From: an uncultured Verrucomicrobiaceae bacterium
GTDB lineage: Bacteria; Verrucomicrobiota; Verrucomicrobiia; Methylacidiphilales; CAYYVW01
NCBI GenBank assembly: GCA_964473925.1
Contig: CAYYVW010000001.1
Coordinates: forward strand, 38,974 to 102,973
Length of the DNA: 64,000 nt
Direction: 5' to 3'
The notes under the pieces were generated by a model. The model was not told the DNA's origin and searched no databases. It saw only the letters and a list, made by a program, of their open reading frames with translations. Below are positions 1-10,019 of this stretch, piece by piece; within the stretch, counting starts at the first letter, position 1, and the number at the start of each line of letters is the position of its first letter. The translations under genes were made by a program, and so were the position numbers.

Positions 1-1430
<1,430 letters not shown>

Positions 1431-1440
1431 CGGCGGCGAA

Positions 1441-1514
1441 GGTCCCGTAGCTCAGATGGATAGAGCAGAGGTTTCCTAAACCTTTGGTCGGCCGTTCGAC
1501 TCGGCCCGGGACCA
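1441..1514 (+). tRNA. tRNA-Arg (CCT)
   Basis: Acceptor GGTCCCG/CGGGACC, D arm GCTCAGATGGATAGAGC, anticodon loop TTCCTAA, T loop GTTCGACTC; CCA tail not encoded. Confidence 0.95.
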
Positions 1515-1592
1515 GTTTTCTCATGCTTCGGTGGCGCTCAGAAGGATATGTGTTAAATTGAAATGCTCATATTGAGATTAGGAAAGTTGCGC

Positions 1593-2711
1593 ATGAAGAA
1601 AATTGTGGCATTTTGTCTAGGCGGGGCGCTGGGGTGCGCGCTCTTGCTTTCTATGAACGCAATTTCTGCAGATAAGAAAGGTGACAGCAACGCAGAGGGC
1701 CGCGTCTGGGTGCGGCTGGCGGATGCGCAGGGCAATCCAACGAAGCTCGAGCATGTGCCCAAGCTTAAGCTCAGTGCAGATGAGTGGCGCAAGCGGTTGA
1801 CGCCCGTGCAGTTTCGGATCACGCGAACGCAGGGGACTGAAATGGCGTTCTGCGGCCGGTTCTACGATAATCACAAGACGGGCGTGTACACCTGCATTTG
1901 CTGCGGACTGCCGCTTTTTGCGTCTGAGGCAAAGTTTGACTCAGGGACGGGCTGGCCGAGTTTTTTCCAACCGTTTGCTGATGAGAACGTGGGCGAGCGC
2001 TCGGATGGCACCCACGGGATGAGCCGCACCGAGGTGGTCTGCGTCCGGTGCGATGCGCACTTGGGGCATGTTTTTCCGGACGGACCCAAGCCGACGGGGC
2101 TGCGGTATTGCCTAAACTCGGAAGCGTTGTCGTTTACCGAGAAGGGGCAGCCAGTGCCCGGATTGGTGGGGGCGGGAAATTCCGACAGCACCAAACAATC
2201 AAATTTTGCAGTTGGCGGGAAGCGGTGCCGCGTGGGGCTGGAGTTTGTAACTTTCGGTGCCGGCTGCTTCTGGGGCGTGGAAGCGACGTTCGCCAAGGTG
2301 CCGGGCGTTGTCATGACTGCGGTGGGATATATGGGCGGCAAGAAGGAGAATCCGACTTATCAAGATGTTTGCACCGACAAGACGGGCCATGTTGAGGTCG
2401 TGCAGGTGGAATATGACCCAACGTTGGTCTCGTACGAAAAACTACTTGAGGTTTTCTGGGCCAATCACGACCCGACCACGCTCAACCGTCAGGGGCCGGA
2501 TGTGGGGGCGCAGTACCGCTCCGTGGTTTTCTTCCATAATCCAGAACAGCAGAAGGCGGCCGAGGCGATGAAGGCGGCGCTCAATGCAGGCGGCAAATTC
2601 AAGCGACCTGTCGTGACGGAGATCGAGCCGGCGAAGACGTTCTGGCGTGCGGAGGATTACCATCAGCGGTATCTGGAGAAACGGGGCATCGAGCACTGCC
2701 ACGTACCTTAA
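1593..2711 (+). CDS. msrAB: Signal-peptide-bearing bifunctional methionine sulfoxide reductase (MsrB then MsrA)
   Basis: N-terminal [26 protein letters not shown]; Msr[24 protein letters not shown] with two CxxC; Msr[20 protein letters not shown]. Confidence 0.92.
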   Translation: MKKIVAFCLGGALGCALLLSMNAISADKKGDSNAEGRVWVRLADAQGNPTKLEHVPKLKLSADEWRKRLTPVQFRITRTQGTEMAFCGRFYDNHKTGVYTCICCGLPLFASEAKFDSGTGWPSFFQPFADENVGERSDGTHGMSRTEVVCVRCDAHLGHVFPDGPKPTGLRYCLNSEALSFTEKGQPVPGLVGAGNSDSTKQSNFAVGGKRCRVGLEFVTFGAGCFWGVEATFAKVPGVVMTAVGYMGGKKENPTYQDVCTDKTGHVEVVQVEYDPTLVSYEKLLEVFWANHDPTTLNRQGPDVGAQYRSVVFFHNPEQQKAAEAMKAALNAGGKFKRPVVTEIEPAKTFWRAEDYHQRYLEKRGIEHCHVP

Positions 2712-3034
2712 GAAAATCGTTTGAAAAAGTAGGTTGACGTTTTGCAGTCCGCGCGGCATGACCCCGTTTGTGACTTTCACCCACGCCACTATTCGAATTA
2801 GCGAATCGGCCGGCCGAATTACGCGGCCAGCCGGGCGGGCGTGAATTGCTTGGGTGCTTTTTAACTTCAAGCGTTTTTGTTCGAACCCTCTGGTGTTCTA
2901 GAGGTGTTTCCGGCTGGCAAAGAGCGGCCAACTTCTACCTTCGCAAGGCTTTGTGCTTTGCGGATCCCGCGCGGGCCTCGGCCTTCCCGCGCACTCTCAA
3001 TCAAAAGCAAACTTACAACTTAAAGGAAATTAAT

Positions 3035-3613
3035 ATGACAACATCAACAACAACTTCAGCAGATTCAGAAGAATTATTTAAACCCCAAGCACTAGAATTT
3101 TTGGATGCGTCTTTCGCTCGACTAGGAGTAGTTCTCACAGGATTGGAGGGAGTGAGCGAAGTAACAATGGGGCAAAGCCAAAGACTGCATTTACAGGGTC
3201 CTTTCAGCGGCCCTGTTTATACGTTTATGGTTGAACGGGGAGAGGATGTTCCGACGGGGCGTGTCGAAGTTGGACAGGAACAAGCAACCCATTTTTGCCG
3301 ACATGCAGTGAGATTGTTGACAGCCGAAGCGGCGGCGAGGCAAGGACAAAAGCCGAAGCAGCCCGTTTTGCCGACGGTTGCCGAGCAAATGAAGCAAGGA
3401 GGCGTTGCGCTTTTGCTCCATGTTGCAAAAAAGACAGGCGAGTTGCCTCCGTTGCCCGAAGTTCCGCAAAGTCTCTTGGAGGTTCAGAGACCGCCGCCTC
3501 CCTCAGGAGAGGGTCTAGTTCAACGAGCCGGGACACTAACAGACGGTCGTTTAGGCTGGGGCCAGCGAGCACGCAGCTTTTTGGCCCGGCACTTGAATCT
3601 TGGTGGGGATTAA
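3035..3613 (+). CDS. Hypothetical protein (orphan)
   Basis: Open frame with AAAGGAAAT ribosome-binding-like sequence before ATG 3035; no recognisable motif. Confidence 0.6.
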   Translation: MTTSTTTSADSEELFKPQALEFLDASFARLGVVLTGLEGVSEVTMGQSQRLHLQGPFSGPVYTFMVERGEDVPTGRVEVGQEQATHFCRHAVRLLTAEAAARQGQKPKQPVLPTVAEQMKQGGVALLLHVAKKTGELPPLPEVPQSLLEVQRPPPPSGEGLVQRAGTLTDGRLGWGQRARSFLARHLNLGGD

Positions 3614-3670
3614 TTCTTCGCTCAAGGCTTTGCCACAACTCACCAAAAATTATTGAAAGGAAATATTCAT

Positions 3671-4477
3671 ATGAAAAATCAGAACACTCAAGAAACCCCG
3701 TCCAGAGGAGCATTCCTGCAAGGACTGGGGCGCGTTTTAGGTCAATCCCTCAAACTGCTTGGACGTTTTCGGCCGCATGGCTTCCATTTGGAAACCCAAG
3801 CTGGAAAAAACAAAGGCGGCCCTCCGTGCAGCGCAGATCTGACGTTGCAATATTATCCTGACGCTTCTGACTGCGAAAGAGTTGAGAAAGCAAAATTTGC
3901 ACTGACGGGTCGACCGATGCTAGATCGCTTACGCAACGCGGCAGGTTCTGCGCGCGCATGGAGACTGCGTGAAGTTTGTCATAGATCCGTAGCAGCAAGC
4001 CGAGATGATCTTCTTCGTGACATGTCACTTGTTTGTTGCGCGCAGTGGACCACTGAACTGATGCGCGCGACGCGGCTGGAGGTGGATGTAATGTCAAGTC
4101 CGTGGCCTCAAGATAAAGCCAGGCTGGAACTACACGATGGATCAGCGCCGGGTTCATTAACTTGGAACGATGGGGATTGGGAAAGATTCCGATATCGCCT
4201 GCGGGATATGTATCGGGCATGGAAGGATGATCCAAAACAGAGTTCGATGCATCCAGTCTACCCTACGCTAGAAGCGATGGCCAAGACCGCTTTGCGGTAT
4301 AGCCGTCAGCAAGATATGGGCTCGTTGCCGAGGGCTGTTTTTGGGGTTTTATCCAGTGATGAATTAGATTCCCCTGATGTGCCATTAATGCGGCGGAACG
4401 GCGGATTGGTCGGACGCGACCTACATGTTCCAGTTAGATTTGAAGAGATGGAGCCTCAAAGGTTCCGGATCCCGTAA
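3671..4477 (+). CDS. Hypothetical protein (orphan)
   Basis: Open frame preceded by the same AAAGGAAAT element; no recognisable motif. Confidence 0.6.
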   Translation: MKNQNTQETPSRGAFLQGLGRVLGQSLKLLGRFRPHGFHLETQAGKNKGGPPCSADLTLQYYPDASDCERVEKAKFALTGRPMLDRLRNAAGSARAWRLREVCHRSVAASRDDLLRDMSLVCCAQWTTELMRATRLEVDVMSSPWPQDKARLELHDGSAPGSLTWNDGDWERFRYRLRDMYRAWKDDPKQSSMHPVYPTLEAMAKTALRYSRQQDMGSLPRAVFGVLSSDELDSPDVPLMRRNGGLVGRDLHVPVRFEEMEPQRFRIP

Positions 4478-4508
4478 AAACGAGAACAGATCCAACCGGA
4501 GCGCGTGG

Positions 4509-5342
4509 TTACTCAGGCAAGGGAGCCGGAGGCATCCTCTTCCTCCGCGCGGCAAGCCACAGGCCCAGCGCAAAGAGGCCGACTGAGAAGAGTTGCCCCT
4601 GCGTCATCCAATCGTAGTAGTAGCCGATCTGCGGGTCGGGTTCGCGGAAGAATTCGGCGATAAAGCGCATGACGGCGTACCCAATCAGAAAGCTGACTGA
4701 GACGGTTCCGGCACGGTCGGCGTTGCGGCGAATGAGCAGCAGGAGAATCCAGAGAAGGAGGCCCTCAAGCGCTGCTTCGTACAATTGTGAGGGATGACGC
4801 GGCAGATGTGTTCCTGTGGCAATGTCGGCCTGCGGAAAGTAAAGCGCCCATGAGACTTCGGCGGGACGGCCCCACAGCTCTCCGTTCATGAAGTTGGCAA
4901 TGCGTCCGATCGCCAGGGCAGGCGGCGTGCAGAGCGCAACGGCGTCGGTCAGTTGATAAAATGGGATTTTGTATTTTTTAGAAAACCACCACAGAACCAA
5001 AACAACTCCTAAAATGCCACCGTGGCTTGCCATTCCGCCGCGCCAGATTTGGAAGATGGACCACGGCTCGCGCAGTGTCTGCTGCCAGTCATAGAGCAGG
5101 CAGTAGCCCAGCCGTCCACCGAGGATGACGCCGCCGAGCGCGAGCCACATCACCAGGGAGTCAATGGCGTCCTGCGAAAGCTTGAGCCATCCGCGCCGGG
5201 CTTGCCACACCAGCCCAAAATAGAGCCCGCAAAATCCGAGTGCATAGGCCAGGCCATAATAGCGGATGCCCCAGCCGCTCTCTCCGAAACGGATCAGGAA
5301 CGGGCTGATATTGTGTGTGAGGTAATCGGCGAGCCAGAGCAT
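4509..5342 (-). CDS. lgt: Prolipoprotein diacylglyceryl transferase
   Basis: IRYYGLAY, GGRLGY, GGMASHGG, GRIANFMNGELWGRP, HPSQLYEA motifs. Confidence 0.95.
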   Translation of the reverse strand: MLWLADYLTHNISPFLIRFGESGWGIRYYGLAYALGFCGLYFGLVWQARRGWLKLSQDAIDSLVMWLALGGVILGGRLGYCLLYDWQQTLREPWSIFQIWRGGMASHGGILGVVLVLWWFSKKYKIPFYQLTDAVALCTPPALAIGRIANFMNGELWGRPAEVSWALYFPQADIATGTHLPRHPSQLYEAALEGLLLWILLLLIRRNADRAGTVSVSFLIGYAVMRFIAEFFREPDPQIGYYYDWMTQGQLFSVGLFALGLWLAARRKRMPPAPLPE

Positions 5343-5413
5343 GGGACGATGCGCAAGGGTGCCCGAAGAGATTGGGCAGGACAAGCTTTCGGTATTGGGC
5401 TCCCTTCAAAAAA

Positions 5414-5552
5414 CGTCATTTCGAGGGAGGGCTGTCAGGCCCGATTCGAGAAATCTTCGCCCGCAGGGCGATGCGATGTTCATAGAACCCAGTTCCCTCG
5501 ACCCATTCACTTCGTTCAGGGCAGGCCTCGCTATCGCTCGCTCGGGATGACG
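5414..5552. repeat. CGTC-tagged REP-like palindromic element
   Basis: Terminal inverted repeats CGTCATTTCGAG ... CTCGGGATGACG, internal GAGAAATC; related copy at 11289-11409. Confidence 0.7.
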
Positions 5553-5654
5553 AAGGTGTGTGATTTTTTCAAAGTAGCCCATTACTGAGAACGGCTCGTG
5601 CTTTACCTAGGGCGGGAGTATTGCGTAGGATGACTGGAAATCTTTCCGCGCAAC

Positions 5655-6710
5655 ATGGCACACACCTCCACATCGCTTGAAAAAAATCTGCGCTGGGGAT
5701 TTTTAACGCTCTTGGGCGTGGGATGTCTATTTGTCCTGCTGCCGTTTGTCTCGGCGATTTTGTGGGCGGCGATTCTTTGCTTCTCCACGTGGCCGGTCTA
5801 TCGCCGACTGCTCAAAGCGCTGGGGAACCGGCAAACACTCGCGGCATGCGTGATGTCGCTGGGGGCGGTCATCATCATCCTGCTGCCGTTTGTGATCGTG
5901 GGTGTGACGTTGGGCGACAACATCGCCGAGCTAACGTCCGCCGCGCGGGACTGGATCAAAGGAGATCCGCGGCTGCCAGAGTGGCTGAGCGGAATCCCAG
6001 TCGTCGGAGAGACGCTCACGCAGTATTGGGGCGATCTGATGCACGGCGGAAGCGCGGTCGCTTGGGACAAAGCGAACGGGGCGATGCAGCCAATCAGCAA
6101 GGCGTTGCTGTATGTCGCGGTGCTATTGGGCACGGGCGTCATTCAGCTGACGTTGAGCGTATTTATCGCTTTTTTTGTGTATCGAGATGGCGTCCTGATA
6201 GCCAAACAATTGAAAACGATGGTGGGCCGGATTGGCGGTCAGAAGGCGGAGCACCTGCTCGACGTTGCTGGAAAAACAACGCGTGGTGTCGTGCACGGCG
6301 TGATTGGCACCGCACTGGTCCAGGCGATCATGGCAGGCGTGGGCTTTTACATTGCCGGCGTTCCAGGTGCGGGAGTGCTTTCGCTCGTGACATTTCTTTT
6401 TTCAGTTGTGCCCATCGGTCCGCCGCTGATTTGGGCGCCGGCATCTATCTGGCTGCTGGTTCAAGGCCAGACGGGTTGGGGGATCTTCCTTTTCATTTGG
6501 GGGATCGGCGTGAGCAGTATCGATAACGTGGTCAAGCCGTGGCTCATTAGCCAGGGAAGTCAGATGCCGTTTCTCCTAATTTTCTTCGGCGTGATTGGCG
6601 GGGTGTTTGCGTTCGGATTTATCGGCGTTTTCTTGGGCCCGACGCTCTTGGCGGTGGGCTTCCGCCTCTTTCAAGAATGGGCAGAAATGAAGCCCAGTGA
6701 GCTGGACTAA
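5655..6710 (+). CDS. AI-2E (PerM-like) family transporter
   Basis: Multi-TM protein with IDNVVKPWLIS and FGFIGVFLGP motifs. Confidence 0.9.
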   Translation: MAHTSTSLEKNLRWGFLTLLGVGCLFVLLPFVSAILWAAILCFSTWPVYRRLLKALGNRQTLAACVMSLGAVIIILLPFVIVGVTLGDNIAELTSAARDWIKGDPRLPEWLSGIPVVGETLTQYWGDLMHGGSAVAWDKANGAMQPISKALLYVAVLLGTGVIQLTLSVFIAFFVYRDGVLIAKQLKTMVGRIGGQKAEHLLDVAGKTTRGVVHGVIGTALVQAIMAGVGFYIAGVPGAGVLSLVTFLFSVVPIGPPLIWAPASIWLLVQGQTGWGIFLFIWGIGVSSIDNVVKPWLISQGSQMPFLLIFFGVIGGVFAFGFIGVFLGPTLLAVGFRLFQEWAEMKPSELD

Positions 6711-7063
6711 CCAATCGCTTTTCTTAGGTGCATTTTAACGGATTCTATGTCGTTAAAATAAGAATTTTTATTCAGGAGCGTATGATCCAAAAAATCAAAC
6801 AGCAATGGTTCGGATCCATCGGAGATCGGCACCAAGTCGAAGTTTTGCGAAGACACCACGGTATTTATTAAGCCAAATAGATGCTTCTTTGTTTCATTGG
6901 GCGAATGAAAAACGGCGCGCAGCGGCATGCCGTTGCTATCATAAAAATTCCAAACGCTGCTTTCCACGTCAATTCCTTCGCAGGACTGCCTCACCGATTG
7001 AATATCAGGGAACACGTTTAAAGTTCCATCTTCTTCAATCGCGAATATGATGGTGGGCATCAT
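6707..7063 (-). CDS. Small acidic hypothetical protein
   Basis: C-terminal part of track ORF 6707..7405; ATG at 7063 overlaps the upstream stop (ATGA coupling); MPTIIFAIEEDGTLNVF...EGIDVESSVWNFYDSNG; AT-rich. Confidence 0.6.
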   Translation of the reverse strand: MMPTIIFAIEEDGTLNVFPDIQSVRQSCEGIDVESSVWNFYDSNGMPLRAVFHSPNETKKHLFGLINTVVSSQNFDLVPISDGSEPLLFDFLDHTLLNKNSYFNDIESVKMHLRKAIG

Positions 7064-7629
7064 AAATTTTTCTCGATCCGAGGATCCGGAATAAACCAGA
7101 TCACGGCGACGGCCACGTAGAGCGCAACGGCGAGCCATGGATTGACAAGCGCCAGCGCAATCCCAATCGCGTAGAGCAGCAGAGAAAGCTTTCCCTTCCG
7201 ATCGTTGCCGATCGCACGGGCGAGGGTGGAGTTTTCGCTGTGATGGGCGACAAGAATTCTCGCCAGGATATAATACGCCAAGCCTGCCATGAAGAGGACG
7301 ACTCCGTAGAGCAGCACCGGAACAGCCGCGAAATAGTTCTCGCCCATCCATCCGGTCACGAACGGAATGAGCGAAAGCCAGAAGAGCAGCTGCAGGTTCG
7401 CCCACAGCGCGCGTCCATCCACTTTGCTGACGGCGTGCAGCATGTGGTGGTGATTATTCCAGTAAATGCCGATGTAGACGAAGCTGAGCACGTAGCTGAG
7501 CAGCACCGGGATCAGCGGCCGCAAATCTTCCAGCCGCGTACCGTGCGGCACCTTCAGCTCCAGCACCATGATCGTGATGATGATCGCGATCACCGCATCA
7601 CTGAATGCTTCCAAACGGGTTTTGGACAT
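7060..7629 (-). CDS. TMEM175 family (DUF1211) potassium channel
   Basis: RLEAFSDAVIAIIITIMVLE signature; YWNNHHH. Confidence 0.9.
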   Translation of the reverse strand: MSKTRLEAFSDAVIAIIITIMVLELKVPHGTRLEDLRPLIPVLLSYVLSFVYIGIYWNNHHHMLHAVSKVDGRALWANLQLLFWLSLIPFVTGWMGENYFAAVPVLLYGVVLFMAGLAYYILARILVAHHSENSTLARAIGNDRKGKLSLLLYAIGIALALVNPWLAVALYVAVAVIWFIPDPRIEKNL

Positions 7630-7634
7630 AGCAT

Positions 7635-8015
7635 CTAAAACTCAAGCTGGACCATTTCCTTCGAAACGCGCCAAAAACTTTTGGTGAATTCTATGGCCTT
7701 TTCCGCGCTGAATCCTTTGCACGTATAAATAACGACTGAGAAAAATTTCTCCTTAGACCAAAAATAGCCAGAGATTCCGGAATCGATAAGGGGTACGAAC
7801 GCGTCAAAACCAGCATTTTCCTCTTTACCCATGCCGGAGCCGGGAGAGAAAACGATCGGTTCGCCGTAGGTACGCAGTTCTAAATGTGCTGCTAGCTCGA
7901 GAAGGTAACGACGAACTTGATCGGCATCAATCTCAGTCGACCAATAGCCTTCAATCAACAGGCGTTGACGAAATACATTGGGAGCTATGTTTTTTGTGGC
8001 GAGGTTCATGCTCAT
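7635..8015 (-). CDS. S-adenosylmethionine decarboxylase-like proenzyme (variant)
   Basis: GFDAFVPLIDSGISGYFW...VVIYTCK aligns with prokaryotic AdoMetDC GVSGVVVISESHISIHTW...VDIYTCG. Confidence 0.7.
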   Translation of the reverse strand: MSMNLATKNIAPNVFRQRLLIEGYWSTEIDADQVRRYLLELAAHLELRTYGEPIVFSPGSGMGKEENAGFDAFVPLIDSGISGYFWSKEKFFSVVIYTCKGFSAEKAIEFTKSFWRVSKEMVQLEF

Positions 8016-8449
8016 TTAAAGAGAGAGAATTTTTTGGTGATTTCACTTACTGCAGAAATATCTCCATAGAAGACAGCGCCGTAAAATTCGAGCTCCGCAT
8101 TGGGGGTTTGTTTGGTGCGCTGAAGTTGTTCTGTGTAAGAACCAACGGTCATGGTGTTGACAAAGTCCGCCGCTTGGATGTCTTGTTCCTTTGCCAAGGT
8201 GACTGCCTCGCGAATTTTGCTCGGACGACCTTTCAGAATAATAAAAGGATAAGCTGAAATTGCTGGGTGGCTGATGCCGCTGCCATCCTGATAGTCGCAT
8301 AGCATGCTAACTTCTGGGCCGAGTGTTGCCCCCATGCCCAGCGCCATGTGAGCTAACGCATTCATCGCTACACCGGTCTCAAGCTTTTCACTGATTACGG
8401 CAACCAATTTTTTCGTTAGAATTTGCGAAGTATCTTCTGCTGTAATCAT
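8012..8449 (-). CDS. DUF2000 family protein (Pth2-like fold)
   Basis: KLVAVISEKLETGVAMNALAHMALG...Y.D..G..HPAIS..PFIILK...SYTEQ...LEFYGAVFYG...KKFSLFK pattern. Confidence 0.8.
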   Translation of the reverse strand: MITAEDTSQILTKKLVAVISEKLETGVAMNALAHMALGMGATLGPEVSMLCDYQDGSGISHPAISAYPFIILKGRPSKIREAVTLAKEQDIQAADFVNTMTVGSYTEQLQRTKQTPNAELEFYGAVFYGDISAVSEITKKFSLFK

Positions 8450-8451
8450 AT

Positions 8452-9261
8452 TTATTTGTCCAATAATTGCATTTTACCATCAATGACAATGATCGCTGAT
8501 CCGGTCATATAAACTCGCTCGTTCATTAGTTCCAGCTCGATTTCTCCGCCGCGGCGGGAAGCCTGGTAAGCAAGCAATCGATTTCTCCCAATTTTTTGAG
8601 CCCAGTATGGAGTCAGCGTTGAGTGAGCGGAGCCGGTGACAGGATCCTCCAGAATTCCATCATCCGCGCAAAAGAAGCGCGAAATGAAATCGTATTTTTC
8701 TGTCGATGCAGCAGTTACAATAATGAAAGGTTCAAATTTCATTAGTGCAGTAAAATCAGGCTCCATTTGGCGAATGACTGTTTCGTCTTCGTACACCAAC
8801 ATCAAATCGCGTGCCTGATACGCGTCGATTGGCCTGGCTTTCGTTAAGGCATTCAAAACAAAAGAAGGAACTTGAGCTAAACCCAATTTTTTTCCAGGGC
8901 GGGAAGGAAAATCCATGATGTAGCGCCCGTGCGCCTTTCTTGTAACTTTTAATGGCCCGACAAATTTTGTATCGAATGTGACTTCGCTTTTCTGAGGAAA
9001 CAACTCAGTAAGATAAATGTGAGCAGAGGCCAGAGTCGCATGTCCACATAAGTCAATTTCGCACATTGGTGTAAACCATCGCAGCAGTGGATTTTGATTT
9101 TCATGTAAGAGCACAAAAGCAGTCTCTGAGAGATTGTTTTCAATAGCGATGCTTTGCATCAGTGCATCATCCAAGGGTGTTTCGAGTATGAGAACTGCTG
9201 CTGGATTCCCTTTGAAAGGCGCTTCAGTAAACGCGTCGACTTGCCAAAACCTTGCTTTCAT
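8452..9261 (-). CDS. PhzF family isomerase/epimerase
   Basis: VDAFTEAPFKGNPAAV, NLSETAF, EIDLCGHATLA, EDPVTGSAH motifs. Confidence 0.92.
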   Translation of the reverse strand: MKARFWQVDAFTEAPFKGNPAAVLILETPLDDALMQSIAIENNLSETAFVLLHENQNPLLRWFTPMCEIDLCGHATLASAHIYLTELFPQKSEVTFDTKFVGPLKVTRKAHGRYIMDFPSRPGKKLGLAQVPSFVLNALTKARPIDAYQARDLMLVYEDETVIRQMEPDFTALMKFEPFIIVTAASTEKYDFISRFFCADDGILEDPVTGSAHSTLTPYWAQKIGRNRLLAYQASRRGGEIELELMNERVYMTGSAIIVIDGKMQLLDK

Positions 9262-9289
9262 AATCAGAGATTCGTGCCCAAATCCTAAA

Positions 9290-9769
9290 ATGCCAGCAAA
9301 ACCTTCCTACCTCAATTTCGACAAAAAGGGGTACGCCTGGAAGCGTGGTGTGAATTACCGCAAGCATCCGGAGCGGTACCGGGTGGGGAAGGGAGAGCAG
9401 GGCGTCCTGATCTGTGAGCCGTACAAGAGTGAGCTCGTCGCGCAGTGGCGTTTTCGCACGCCGGAGCTGGCCGAGGCGAGCAGCCGGAAAATTTATCAGC
9501 TGTTCCTCGATTACCTAAAGCGTGGCGAGTTTGTCGGCGCAGACATGGCGCGCAAGTTTTTGCAGATGGGGTTCACCCGCGCGCGGCGCTATGCCAATTA
9601 TAAAGGCGGGCGGAAATACGCTGCCAAGGACAAGCGTCTGCTAACGAAGGGTACGGATGATCCGGAAAAGGCAAAAAGTGCTGCGATCTTTTACAAATGT
9701 TGGAAGCGCGCAGAGGTGTATCCTTCCTATCGTCGGCAGAAAGTGCAGTGGAAGACTCGATTTGGTTAA
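9290..9769 (+). CDS. DUF4385 family protein
   Basis: YRVGKGEQGVLICEPYKSE...WRFRTP...GADMARKFLQMGFTRARRYAN; ATG at 9290. Confidence 0.85.
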   Translation: MPAKPSYLNFDKKGYAWKRGVNYRKHPERYRVGKGEQGVLICEPYKSELVAQWRFRTPELAEASSRKIYQLFLDYLKRGEFVGADMARKFLQMGFTRARRYANYKGGRKYAAKDKRLLTKGTDDPEKAKSAAIFYKCWKRAEVYPSYRRQKVQWKTRFG

Positions 9770-9784
9770 ACGGCGTTCAACTCC

Positions 9785-9817
9785 ATAGAGGCACATTTTT
9801 GGGCACACTGCCTCTAT
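9785..9817. terminator. Hairpin between convergent DUF4385 gene and tRNA-Ser
   Basis: ATAGAGGCA...TGCCTCTAT 9-bp inverted repeat; weak U-tract. Confidence 0.4.
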
Positions 9818-9828
9818 TTCTAGAGTAA

Positions 9829-9917
9829 CGGAGCCGGGGGGATTCGAACCCCCGATACGATTTTGGTCGTATAACGGTTTAGCAAACCGTCGCCTTCAGC
9901 CACTCGGCCACAGCTCC
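9829..9917 (-). tRNA. tRNA-Ser (GCT)
   Basis: Reverse complement GGAGCTGTGGCCGAGTGGCTGAAGGCGACGGTTTGCTAAACCGTTATACGACCAAAATCGTATCGGGGGTTCGAATCCCCCCGGCTCCG; long variable arm, anticodon GCT. Confidence 0.95.
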
Positions 9918-10019
9918 TAAATATTTATAATGAATGAGTTATGCAATATTTGGCCAAAGCCTGAATTTGCACAGTTGACACTTTATTGACAGATACAGCG
10001 TTATAAGCGAATACGGGGT

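Noticed and set aside
1490-1514. tRNA-Arg 3' end as an integration site
   Set aside because: No duplicate of its 3' end seen in the window and no adjacent integrase.
2758-2844. 28-aa ORF MTPFVTFTHATIRISESAGRITRPAGRA as attenuator leader peptide
   Set aside because: No convincing run of control codons, no RBS, and downstream genes are not amino-acid biosynthetic.
2905-2970. c-di-GMP-I riboswitch suggested by GGCAAA and CGCAAGGC words
   Set aside because: No GNRA-capped P2 stem or tetraloop receptor could be built.
6707-7405. 232-aa ORF in the track
   Set aside because: N-terminal half is an alternate frame overlapping TMEM175; only 6707-7063 looks real.
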